From NCBI RefSeq assembly GCF_964204645.1, contig NC_134035.1:372001-436000 (forward strand): 64,000 bases of DNA, read 5' to 3'. This stretch comes from Tubulanus polymorphus. Taxonomy: Eukaryota > Animalia > Nemertea. This document shows positions 13,171-26,000 of this stretch, one piece after another (positions within the stretch are counted from its first letter, which is position 1; the number at the start of each line of letters is the position of its first letter). Below the pieces are notes generated by a model, which saw only the letters and a program-made list of their open reading frames with translations, was not told the DNA's origin and ran no database searches. Both the position numbers and the translations under genes were made by a program.

Positions 13171-14220
13171 TAGACTTACGTTAGATAAGAAAAAAAAAGA
13201 AAAAAAACCGAACTCCTTAAAATTGTAATAATAAATCCTAAACTATCACTAAACCTAAACTATAAAAAAAAAGGTAGGAAGAGGGGGGCCAAGATCTCGG
13301 CACAGCGAGCCAGGGGGGTTAGTGCACATCCTGCGCTCGCTAGGAGGGTACATGACCACCCTCCTGCAACCTCGGGAGGACCTCCTACTGCAGCCTCGGG
13401 AGGTCTTATGCCTCGTGCTACAGCCTCGAGAGATTTTATACCTCCTATTCCGTCACTTCCGACGGAAATACGCCATTGCCAGCTATGGAAGAATGGGATG
13501 TATGTTTTGTGCGAGTTTATCTCCGGAAGGCCCGGATCTGCGGCCATCAACCCAGCACCGTACGATTCATATCGAGATATGACTAGTAACTCCGAGAGGT
13601 AGCCCAACCATAGAAACAATGATAGCAACTAGTAAAACAGAATACAGAGTCTGACTAGTCACAAGAATACCTAGCCACGTATATACCTAGTCATGTGCAC
13701 ACCCAGCCATGTGTACATCCAGCCATGTGCACACCTAGTCATGTGTACACCTAGTCATGTGCACACCCAGCCATGTGTACATCCAGCCATGCGCACACCC
13801 AGCCATGTGTACAACTGGTCATATGCATACTTAGTACCTGAATACATATGTACCAAGCACCTAACAGCACCTGCACCTAAAAGGATCTGCACCTGTACCT
13901 GAGAGCATCTGCACCTGTACCTAAAAGGATCTGCACCTGTACCTAAAAGGATCTGCACCTGTACCTTATAGTATCTGCACTTGGAAAATTGACTGCAATT
14001 TTCGCAGAGTAATTTTTACTCAAATTGCTGAAAATTAGAAAATATCGACGAGGCGAACACGTCGAAAAAACGTTTGACACGCAAAATATTGTTTTAGAAA
14101 AAATCGGTTTAAGAAAATGCCGAGATATCGATCGACGGTTTTTCGAATAATCTGAACTCAATTGAGCTGATTATCAATTTATCGACTGATCGACTTTCAA
14201 CTGACTACTACGACCGAGTC

Positions 14221-14855
14221 ACTGACTTATAAAGACTTACTGACTACTACTGAACATGACTACTGTGATTGAGTGACTGCTACAGAGTCACCAATACTAT
14301 TACTATTAATGACAAAATGACTACTACGAGTCACTGACTACAACTTAGTGACTACTATTAACCAAAAAATGACTACTACAACTGACTTATAAAGACTTAC
14401 TGACTACTACTGATCATGACTGCTGTGATTGAGTGACTGCTACAGAGTCACCAATACTATTACTATTAATAACAAAATGACTACTACGAGTCACTGACTA
14501 CAACTTAGTGACTACTACTAACCAAAAAATGACTACTACAACTGACTTATAAAGACTTACTGACTACTACTGATCATGACTACTGTGATTGAGTGACTGC
14601 TACAGAGTCACCAATACTATTACTATTAATGACAAAATAACTACTACGAGTCACTGACTACAACTTAGTGACTACTATTAACCAAAAAATGACTACTACA
14701 ACTGACTTATAAAGACTTACTGACTACTACTGATCATGACTGCTGTGATTGAGTGACTGCTACAGAGTCACCAATACTATTACTATTAATGACAAAATGA
14801 CTACTACGAGTCACTGACTACAACTTAGTGACTACTACTAACCAAAAAATGACTA
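14221..14855. repeat. 160-bp minisatellite, 4 copies, just 3' of the micro-exon gene stop codon
   Basis: actgacttataaagacttac at 14221, 14381, 14541 and 14701. Confidence 0.95.
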
Positions 14856-15043
14856 GTATGACTGCGTAACTTGACTGAATGACTACACTACTACTGCTGA
14901 TTAACTGACTACCATGACCGATGAAAAAAACTGTTTCGTTGAACTGCTGATTACCCGGATACAGGAAGCAGTTGAATTGTAAATGACCCAGTGAAGCAGT
15001 GAACAAACAAGCCTACCTCGTTACTGGATCATTTACGATTCAT

Positions 15044-15511
15044 CTACTCCCTGTACCCACGCCTAAACAAGACCGATTTTAAATCATGTAAAAGAGCCTT
15101 TGATCTATCCGAAGATAGAAGCTCCTCCCACGGTCCCACGGAACCGCGAGCCACCACCCGCACTTCGGCGCGGCATCGGTCGCTGGACAGAACTCTGTCC
15201 AGCGCCGAAACCGGGGCAGCGGCCAACGGCTCCACGGGGGCAGGAGGAACCCCTCTTACCTCCTCAACCTCCACGACCATCTCCTCTTCTACCAGTTCCG
15301 GCTCCGGCTCCGGCTCCGGGACCGGTTCAAACACCGGTTCCGGTTCCGGCTCCGGCTCCGGCACCGGCACCGCCTCCACCACCTCCGGAACTACCACGAC
15401 GCCGATCTCCTCCCCTCCGCCACCGCGTCGCTCCCCCTCGGGAGGCGCCACACCACCGCGACGAACCGCCGGACGGCGTCGTCTTCGATGCCGAGCGGTG
15501 CGCGTGCCCGT
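15044..15511 (-). CDS. Terminal coding exon (42) of the micro-exon gene: TGTRTARHRRRRRP...(PE)n...LLHDLKSVLFRRGYRE*
   Basis: GC-rich ORF after the acceptor ttttttttgcag, in phase 0 with exon 41; matches ORF 15044..15535. Confidence 0.85.
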   Translation of the reverse strand, partial: TGTRTARHRRRRRPAVRRGGVAPPEGERRGGGGEEIGVVVVPEVVEAVPVPEPEPEPEPVFEPVPEPEPEPELVEEEMVVEVEEVRGVPPAPVEPLAAAPVSALDRVLSSDRCRAEVRVVARGSVGPWEELLSSDRSKALLHDLKSVLFRRGYRE

Positions 15512-16932
15512 CTGCAAAAAAAAGAAAACATTCATTTACTAAATGATCGGTTGAAAAGTGATTTTTTACAGAAAATTTTCGGATCAGTAACCGAGCTGAA
15601 ATAATGGAACAATTGATTACATATAAACAAAGAGATAAATCGTCGCGATCTGGGAAACAATATTCTAAAGGGTTAGAAAATAAAGCAAAAAAAAAAATGA
15701 CGATGGCTCGCTGAAAATGAAAGTATTATTTAAGAAAAGATATTATAAGTGATTCATAAAAACTGTTCGTGTGAGAGAAATTCATTCGAAATCAAAACTG
15801 AGAGAAATATAAAAAAAACAGTTAATGTTGAGATGATGCTTACCTCCCGTAACTCCCCCTCCCACAGCCGCCCGTCCACGCGACGGGACCACCTCTGTGC
15901 AAGAGGGTGCGGCTGCCGGAGGGTCCGCTGCCTAGGGCGCCTATCCGGGGAGGCAGCAGCTGGAACGGGGTCTGCCAGCTGGTCATCCAAGACAGGACCA
16001 AGGTTCAAGTGAAAGAGGTCTATGGCCTCTTTCACGTCCTCCGGACCATCCTCCACCGTCTCAATTAATATTGGTTCCACTGTAAAATATAAAATAGAAA
16101 GAAATACATTAACAATCAGGAGAAACAATTAATATATCAAGGGCGGATCCAGTCCCCCGCCTTTAATATCTTGAGGTGCCCTCGAGATATTTTAGGAATT
16201 TCTTTTTCCATTTTATAAAGAAATATCAAGTATTCCCTCATGATGGCTATCGAATAGCCTCGGGCAACAAAATTTCAAAATTTTCTGGGGAGAAACACTT
16301 AAGACCCCTTTCATCCCTTCACGAGTGCTCATGTGCCCTTCAGTAAACCTTCCAAAAATCCTGGCTCAGCCCTTGTAGATTTACAGTGAACCCAGTGTAG
16401 CTAGTAATCTCATTAATACAAAATGGTTGACTTTCCACTTGAAGCGTGATTGGTTGCCAATAATTTGTGACATCATCATGCAGCAGAATGGGGGATGCGG
16501 AAAGAAGACAATATGAGTCTCGATGAGTGACATTGATGGGCTGGTTGAGAGTTTAGGTTTGTCGGGACAGGGTTACTACAGTACAGCACAGAAGTAACTA
16601 AACATTGTATCATTGTATTGTTCAGTCACATGAACAAATAAATAGGTGTCATACCATCAGCGAACCATCACTTAACCATCAGGTGAACCCCTGCCATAAC
16701 CGCAAACCATGATTCATGATGATTTGAAAATAATTCTAAATGGTAGGCATGGAAACTTGTTAAAATTGATGGTTTATTCAGACCGCGCGGTATCACTGGT
16801 CGTATTTAAACCAAATTTGATGCGGTATGTGTTTAAAACAATGAGCGACATATGGTATATGGAGTATATTACTTCATGCCTTGCCAAACACTAATTACTT
16901 ACTCACCAAATCACTCAATTAACCTGTTCTTA

Positions 16933-17019
<87 letters not shown>

Positions 17020-20000
17020 TTTTAGTCAATATCTCACACCTGACGATGATCTCTAGGGTGAGATCGAAACGTCGTGTTCTTATGTTTTAGATTGTTTCCA
17101 TAAATAAATTCTCGATTTTAGAATTCTTTTAATTTGTAAATAAAGTTGGTTTTTATCTTATTAACCCTTTCAGTGCTGACTGATCAATACCCTATAGTGC
17201 TGGAGATAATTTGAAAATTTTGAAAAATTCCACCCAAGTGTGTTGAATAACGGGAATAGCACTACAGTGCGTCTACACCACGGCGCGGTGTATCGTTAGT
17301 TACTGATATTTCACGATGTGTCTGAAAATGGTTGACGCCGCACGAAAATAAATAGGCTTTTGTTATACAGAATTCTGTTGTAAACAGAAAGGGAACAATG
17401 ATCTCGTTTTTCGATTTCAATTATTTCTAGGATGTACCGTCAATAAGACCCGGGGCTTGATGAGGCAGTGGCTGCGTTACTGTGGCAAGCGAGGATCAGC
17501 TAGTGGTTACTCCTCAATTACCGTGCTTCAATTTCGTCGACACTTCCCGATTGAACTGTAGCCGACTCATCGCTTTATCAATACGCGAAAGTTCACGATT
17601 GGTAGAACACTTTATCCGTGTTGACGCGATGAGGAGAGAATCCCACAATGATAATAAAAAGTCCGAAAATGAAACTTCGAGATAGTAGTTTATTTCAACG
17701 TTTTGACTATATCCTAATAGTCATCTTCAGGAATAATTCCTGATTATTCCTGAAGATGACTATTAGGATATAGTCGAAACGTTGAAATAAACTACTATCT
17801 CGAAGTTTCATTTTCGGACTTTTTATTATCATTGTGGGATTCTCTCCTCAACGTGAAAGTTGCTCGAACAAAAATTCGTTTGATTATATTTGAATTTTGT
17901 AAGCGAAAATCGAGTTCGAAAATAAACTAATTTCATCGCGTATCAACGAGTGTACCAGTACCTTATTCAATGTACGTTGAGGATACTTATCTCAACACGA
18001 GCGGGGGGGGGGGGGATGAAAAATGATGTGATCAGTGGAAAGAGAGAGGAGAGAGTATAAATGCAAAAAGTTGTACTTACATCGCGTCAAAAAATTAAGT
18101 AGATACCGCGGATCCGCGGCGATATTCCGCCTTATCTCTTCGATGACTGTAAAATAAATAAATGAGAAAAATTATTAGTATTTCATTAAATCATGGACGA
18201 TCAATAGGAGTTTTACGACGTGGACAATACAGTCAAAGTCCGTTATACTGCCGCCATACTCCATCAGGAGTGACATGATTTTGGGCATTTTAACGTGCTG
18301 GATCCAGTTCCACAAATGAGTTAACTCTGAACTCATAATCTAGTTCTACATTTGCGAGAGTTAACTCTGAACTCAGAATCTAGTTCTACATTTGCGAGAG
18401 TTAACTCTGAACTCAGGATCCAGTTCCACAGATGAGTTAGATTTAACTCTGAACACAGAATCCAGTGCTACAGTTACGAGTTAAAGTTAACTCTGAACTC
18501 AGGATCCAGTTCTACAGTTACGAGTTAAAGTTAACTCTGAACTCGGGATCCAGGACCCAGTTCCACAGTTGTGAGTTACAGTTAACTAAATTAATCATCA
18601 GTTATCAACAGTAAGGCGCTCAGTAACATCTTTCATATTTCTGTTCAAATCAGAGACAAATTCAGTATTTCTTGTCATAAAATAGTAACAAATACCGAAA
18701 ATCAGTAACAGTTTGGGCAGCTCTGCTAAAAATGTCTGGCTACAAACGGACATATCTAAATAGGATCATGAATATGTGTAGACTTACCATTTTCCGTCGC
18801 ATCGACGGGGGCGGCATGGGCGGCAGCTGCATTTTCTGCCTATAATATAATAACAATCATGATGTTAAGGTTTAAGAAAACAACAAAAAAATTTGTCAAA
18901 ATTTATGCAGTTTTTACTAGCGTTTCGATAACACGAATCGTAATTAGAGAGATAATGGGGCCAATTCCCTATATGAAATCAAAAGCTGAAATAGAGCCTG
19001 CAAACAAGAGCATTTCAAGAGCTCAACTAATGCAGCGCAAAGTTTCCAAACAAACCAAGAAATCACAATTTCAAAGTTTTTTTTGATTTCTCTTTATAGT
19101 ACATTCGCCGTTTATGTATAGCAGTTCCGGTCCATTGGATAATCCTTTCATCATCGCTTTAATGAAATTTGAACAGTAGGGAACTGGCACGCCAGCTATC
19201 CCTTCAGATGGCACCGCTTAGGTATGTGAGACAATCTAATGGGACAGAAAGTGAATTTCAGAGACGTCGTCTGCGCGACAAAAAGTCGTCAAATTAGAGC
19301 ATCGATATTTTTTCGCGCATCTCTTATTGTATTAATAGTGAGCACTGGATCATATCATTACGGTTAAAAATACCTGACAATTTGATATCTCTAATTTGAG
19401 TAGTTTTCACCTGAATATATGACAGCGCAAGGGCTCTAATATCAAAAATGGTAGTTGAAAAAGAAATAACCACAACTAGAAATCATTGTGATCTTGAAAG
19501 TATTTTGATATTTCAAAGCTCTTAAAATGGAGGCACTACTCTCAAAGTCGTTATCAGGTCTGGATCGGAATACCACTAACTCAGTAAACAATTCAAACTT
19601 ACTCTACGGCGTCGGAGCCGCGGGGAGCGCCGCAATTGCGGTATCTCGTCTCTCTGGAAAAAACAAAACGATCAACATTGATTAAATCATCGAAACATTA
19701 AATGATATCTTACTGTTTGGAGAGTTCGGTATCAGAATAAGCTCGGTAGGACCAGAGAGATTCAGGGATTCTATATGTGAATAGCTCGGTAGGACCTGCG
19801 AGGTTCAGGGATTCTACATGTGAATAGCTCGGTAGGACCTGCGAGGTTCAGGGATTCTACATGTGAATAGCTCGGTAGGACCAGCGAGGTTCAGGGATTC
19901 TATATGCGAATAGCTCGGTAGGACCAGAGAGATTCAGGGATTCTATATGTGAATAGCTCGGTAGGACCTGCGAGGTTCAGGGATTCTACATGTGAATAGC

Positions 20001-23000
20001 TCGGTAGGACCTGCGAGGTTCAGGGATTCTACATGTGAATAGCTCGGTAGGACCAGCGAGGTTCAGGGATTCTATATGCGAATAGCTCGGTAGGACCAGA
20101 GAGATTCAGGGATTCTATATGTGAATAGCTCGGTAGGACCAGAGATTCAGGGATTCTACATGTGAATAGCTCGGTAGGACCAGAGATTCAGGGATTCTAT
20201 ATGTGAATAGCTCGGTAGGACCAGAGATTCAGGGATTCTATGTGAATAGCTCGGTAGGACCAGAGATTCAGGGATTCTGTATGTCTTCCTGTTCATTGAC
20301 GTGTCAGTAATGATCAACACATTCAGTGTATTTGATGCATTATAATTATTTTCACTTATAGTTCAAACTTACATCAGCTTGCGGCGGCGGCGGCGGCGTC
20401 GCAGGTGTTTCAGTCTAAAAAGTAAAAAAACGATATTTCCATTGGTTATAAAAACATGAAAATGATTCATTTCAATTTAATATAATAAAACTTGGTTCCA
20501 CAGTTCAGGACCCAGTCCCACAGTTACAGAACCTGGCTCCGCAGTTCTGGACCCAGTTCCACAGTTTGAAGTTATGATCTAGTAAAGAGTTACCGATGCT
20601 GGATCCTAGTTTTCCAGCCAATGATATTCAGTTAGTTCCGTGCGATAGTCATCAAGCCGATTGTCATAAATTTCTAGATCTCTCCCTGTCCCGCCGCCCC
20701 AGAATTAGGTATTTTTACTTTTTTTTGGTTTCGATTTTTTGGTGCCACGAGATCCAAAGCAGAAGAATTCTACACTATTTTAATTCTTTTTCCGATGCAG
20801 ATTTTGAAAACAATAAAATATCCTCATAATCATTGGTGAACCACAATGATGATAATCTACAGGACTTAAAACAGGTCAATTTGTCAGTTTTTACCATAGT
20901 TTATCATTGTTACAATGGTGGTTGTCACCTATGTTGAGGATTTACCGCTAGGGGCAACATTGAAACCCGGTCTATGAAATCGGGCCACGGTTGAGGATTT
21001 ACCCCTAGGAGAAAATGATGTGGTCTATAAAACCCTGCCCAGATTATCAATAAACTTATTTGAAATTAGCTTCACTTAAAATGATTTGACTCAAATCAAA
21101 CTTACTTTAACCGGTCCGACGCGTGCCCGTTTAGGGCTAACGGGGTCCTATAAAATAAAAACAAGTTGAAATCAACATCCAGAATTTTCAAACATATTTC
21201 TGAAGGAAATCTCAATTTCAGATTATCTTAATAATCTTTGGTGAGCCACGAAAATGATAATCTACACAACTAAAAAATGGAAATGAATAACCATGAACTG
21301 CGGGTGCAGAAACGACAACACCACTTGCAAAAAGGGCTTCAACAAACTCTCCACAATCACAAGAGGCACGTACTACCATCGCGAAAATCTTCTGCCTTTT
21401 TTTCCATGCCCAAAATAGATGTTCAAGCCACTTGGAAAGTGGTTTTTTTCGCATCGACAAACTCTCGTCGCAATCACAAATCATACTTGTCGTAAGCTTA
21501 AACTTTCACAAGATCCCGTCGGCAGGCGGACAGACGGAGAGACAGGCGGACAGACGGAGAGACAGGCACACAGACGAACGGACTGTAAAATGATTTGATG
21601 AAATTCAAACTCACCGATGCCGGTACCTCGAGCTTCCTCTTCTATAAAATAAAAAATCAACTTTAGTTTAACAACGTCAACAAAAATTCAGACATATTTC
21701 ATCTGCAGTCGTTTGTGTTCAACTGTAAATTCAATAGAAATGTTCACAATATTTACCGGCACATTCACGCACGTGTGGAATTCATTTCTCTACATAAAAA
21801 GAAAAACAAGAGCTCAATTTAGCTCAATTTAAATGAAAATCAGAATAAATAATCTTAAATCTCGCATTTTTTTAATAGCTTGGTTGACAGGGTAGACTAT
21901 TGAAATATCATTTCGGAAAATTTAAAAAAAAAGAACTCGCTCAGCGCGATAAACACAGTTTTTGAAGGAAGAGGGAACGATCGATAGGGCAATATACATA
22001 TGTCCAAAACAATGATCCTTGGAAAGTTCGAATTCTGCACACAAATGTGATCAAAAAAAAGAATAAACGCGCGGTTTTCAATTTTTTCATCATTCAAGCC
22101 GGGATTCTCATTCGGCGAAGGTGAAAAACTTTTTTGCTCGTTTTCCACTGAATTTGTTCCACGATTGGGAGTAAAAAAAATTCTACTTTTGTTTGACTTT
22201 TCTTCAAATTTCGGGAGGCGGTTCCCGTAAACCAAGCTATTTAAGAAAAAGCCTCATCTGGTGAACCATCAAAAATAGTTATTATTACGTTATAGGTTGT
22301 TACTAATGATCGGATTTATGAGAACCACAACGGTATAGTGTACATTATGGAATAAAGTTCAAGTTTTTGTCAGTAGATGGCAGGCAGGTGGTATTTATTA
22401 AGTGACTGGGTGTCAACATGTGTAACTGAAATTGTCTATTGTAAACTTACGTCAATTTGCACAATACGCGCGATTTCCGATTCCTAGAAATGTAAAGAAA
22501 AAAAATTCTGAAATCAAGTTTTGAATAACTATACCACGGATGAAAGATTCCATGATCTAAATTCTTAGTTGACCCTCGATTTAGAGACTATTTTGAGGAT
22601 AATTGAACCGATGGATGCTGCGTGACATGATTTCAATATTCTACTAACTCGGTCTGAAGAATATTCACATCGATACAAAACTGTGACCGAGCCGCAACTT
22701 TTAAACATTCTTAGTTTCACTTAAAAACATTGCTTCACACTATTATCAATACCAATTTTACGAATAATATGAACTTGGTAAGATAAATATTCACATCGAT
22801 ACAAACTGTGACCGAGTGCGACTACTTTCAAACACTCTTTAGATATAACTGGCTTCAGCTGTGATTAATTTAGGACCGAAGATACTACTCTATATAGCTT
22901 AATCAGTAGCGGATCCAAACTAGATTCCATTGTATTCCCGAATATAGTCAGAATAACATTTTTTTTTTTTTAAGTAACTCGATCCAACAGAATGTCCCAG

Positions 23001-26000
23001 ATACAAGGAAATTAGAACATATTTCAAAATTTTTATTGGTTAGGACCCCTAAACTGCGGCAGCTGCAGCGGTCAGGCAAAAAATATCTTTAAGGAATATA
23101 GCCAAATTCACCAGTCCCCCACGGAACTGCCCCTAAGTAATGACTTTAGAATTGAACCCATGATACCGTATAGCGGCTGCAAACAGATCGGTCACAATTA
23201 CCAGTGTTTATGTTTTCCAACAACAAATAAGCTAGCAAAAACTAGGTGCCTTTAGCCTACGAGCAAAATTGGTCGTAGCTTTAGCCAAGTTTGACCTTGG
23301 TGGAGATATGCTATGGGATCTCATAGAACATGGATATTTCAGCAGGAAAATCAATATCAGATTATAATAATCTGGTGAACTACGAAAATAATTATCTTTT
23401 ACAACTTACGATAATGGTAGGAGCCTCGGGCTCCGGCGGCGGCGGCTCTGGGAAATCATCATTCTAGTAATCAAAATAACATGAAATATCATGAAAAATT
23501 CTAGCTAACCCTAAAAGCGAGTATATATGGAGCCACCCACTAATGAAAGGGATGGCTCCAAATTCACTGAGAACGAGTAGGCGATCAAAAGGATATTTAC
23601 CCAAAGGTCGTCGAATAAATTGATGTCCTATAAAAAAGAATACAAAAAATTTATTACGATAAAATGTACGTATGTTTTTGGTAAATGACACTTACTGATC
23701 ACAAGTGACATATGGTCACGATAGTATCACAATTGCTTGCCAGTGAGGCTAGGCGTTCACCAGAGCCAAGTTTCATAGATGTTGGGAAAAAATAATACCA
23801 GCTGGGATCATTTCGAAATTTTTCAGTTATTACCAAGGTTTTCATTATGAAGTTGTCACCTATGTTGAAGATTTACCTATAGGCAACCAACAGGGCTGCC
23901 AACCTCTGAAAAGTGCTATCAGTAACAAATTGTAATATGAAAATAAATGTTCAAATCAATCAGTAATCAACAGTAAGACCCTCAGTTAGATCTTTCATAC
24001 TTCTCATATGCATCGAACAAATCAAATCAGTATTTCTTGTCATAAAAGAGTAACAAATACCGAAAATCAGGAACAGTTGGCAACTCTGGGTAACATTGAT
24101 ATCCGGTTTACAAAATCGGGCTCAGGTTGAAGAAATACCTCCAGGGTATTATTGATATACAGTCTATGAAACAGGGCTAAGGTTATCAATATTTAACATC
24201 GATATCGAAAATGATTTAATGAAATTGAAACTTACCTCGTCACGCGGAATCTTCGGCGGGCTTACGGGTTGCTGTAAAATATTTTTAAAAAAGTTGAAAT
24301 CAACATTCAGAATTTTGATACACATTGATAATAATCTACACGACTTAAAACAGGAAATAATGGTCAAGTCTTCATGAATAACCATAAGCTGTGGGTTCAG
24401 AGACGTGAACATCACCGACCGACCGACCGACCGACCGACCGACCGACCGACCGACCGACCGACCGACCGACCGACCGACCGACCGACCGACCGACCGACC
24501 GACCGACCGACCGATTCAATGAGATTGCCAGGTTTTCTAGGACATTAGCACCCTTGAATTGCTGAACAATGCCTATACCACTGGCGATTGTGAGATCCTA
24601 TCTATGGACGAAAAGACAGATTGAAAGTAATAACGGGAGAACGATTCGATAGAATTCAAACTGACCTCGTCGACGGATCGGCGTCGCTTTCTGGTGACCT
24701 ATAAAATAAACGAGCAACATTTAGATTTAATCATTTTTCATTTTCAAGTTCATGATCACGTGTAGTTCGAACATGGAAAGCATTTCATGAGAGAAATTGA
24801 GTGGAGCCGATTTAAGACTGCGAGGAAAGATATCAGTAATGTCAGTGATGAGCGAAAACTAAAAACATGGCCAAAACTTACTTCTTTCGTTGTTGTTATT
24901 GTTTGTTTGCTCTGATGCCATGAAAGAAAAAAAGAGAATTAATTTTAGTTTTGTTATTTTATGTTCAGTAGCACACGTAGGTATCAATATACGTAATAAA
25001 TGAGTTCTAAGCGACGGATGCCTCGTTATAGATATTGTTTTGATTCTGTATCGTTATTTAATAAAACGAACAGGAGAATTTTTATGACTTTGTTCGGTAT
25101 GAAATACATTGGCTGTCAGATAGAAATGAACACGACAGAAAATCCATGATACAGAAAAATGCTGACTTACTTCCTTCGGTGCTGCTGCTGTTGGTTTCTG
25201 TTGCAATAAAAGAAAGAAAATTCAGTAAGTTTTTTTTTTTAATATTTCATATACAGCAGCAAACGTTAATAAACACAGTAGACATAAAAACTGGACAGGT
25301 TTATATAGATGTCTGTATCTGAAAAATGATTTTGATGTCATTAGCATAAATATCTTACATTAAGTTAAGTGCAATTCCTGAGTGCTAATGGATTAAAGTT
25401 GATGTTAAGACAGGATCATCTACGAGGGAATACACGGGAAACGAATGACGCTCAATTATAAAATTGAAACTTACTCGTGCAGGAATGGCCGCTACCGCTG
25501 CTGTTGCCGTTGGTGTTGGTTTCTGTTGCAATAAAAGAAAGAAAATTCAGTAAGTTTTTTTTTTTATATTTCATATTCAGCAGCAAACGTTAAACACAGA
25601 AGACACAAAAACTGGGCAGGTTTAATATCTGTGTCTGGAAATCGATGAAAATCGCAAAAAATAATTGCCCATAGGCCAAGAGGTTTACCACAGCCTTATG
25701 AAATGCTTATATCAGGTAACGAAATAGGGATGTAAAGTGTAAGGTGCGAGAAGTTTCGGTCTCGGTTAGAGAAATGAACGTTATCGCGGACCCAAGACAG
25801 AGCCGCTATACCGCGCCGTTCATCAGTCAGAATAGGACCGATTCCATCGCATCTCAGCTGCAGCCTCGGTACGGGAATTCAGAGCGTCGTTACGAAATGC
25901 GAGTTAAACACACCTACTTCCCACTTAACCCATTAGCACTCAAGCCGCCCGAATCCGCCCCGGTACTTTTTTTGTATCCTGCACAAAAACGGTTATAGTG

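Noticed and set aside
13408-13602. CCCH zinc-finger-like CQLWKNG
   Set aside because: Remaining Cys/His ligands are absent and there is no supporting splice context.
15044-15130. C-terminal LHDLKSVLFRRGY resembling the Penelope post-RT L...F..RGY motif
   Set aside because: Too short and no other RT motifs; cannot support domestication without a profile search.
15100-15546. 148-aa Pro-rich plus-strand ORF
   Set aside because: Antisense shadow of GC-rich exon 42.
15420-15940. Possible CenH3/histone-fold identity (ELRE, HRRRRRP after an H3-like tail)
   Set aside because: No histone-fold helices follow; the downstream sequence is G/E/P-rich and disordered.
18788-18835. Alternative 48-nt phase-0 version of exon 40 (KMQLPPMPPP...)
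   Set aside because: It would put exon 41 out of frame; the 52-nt version fits and matches the pseudogene paralog.
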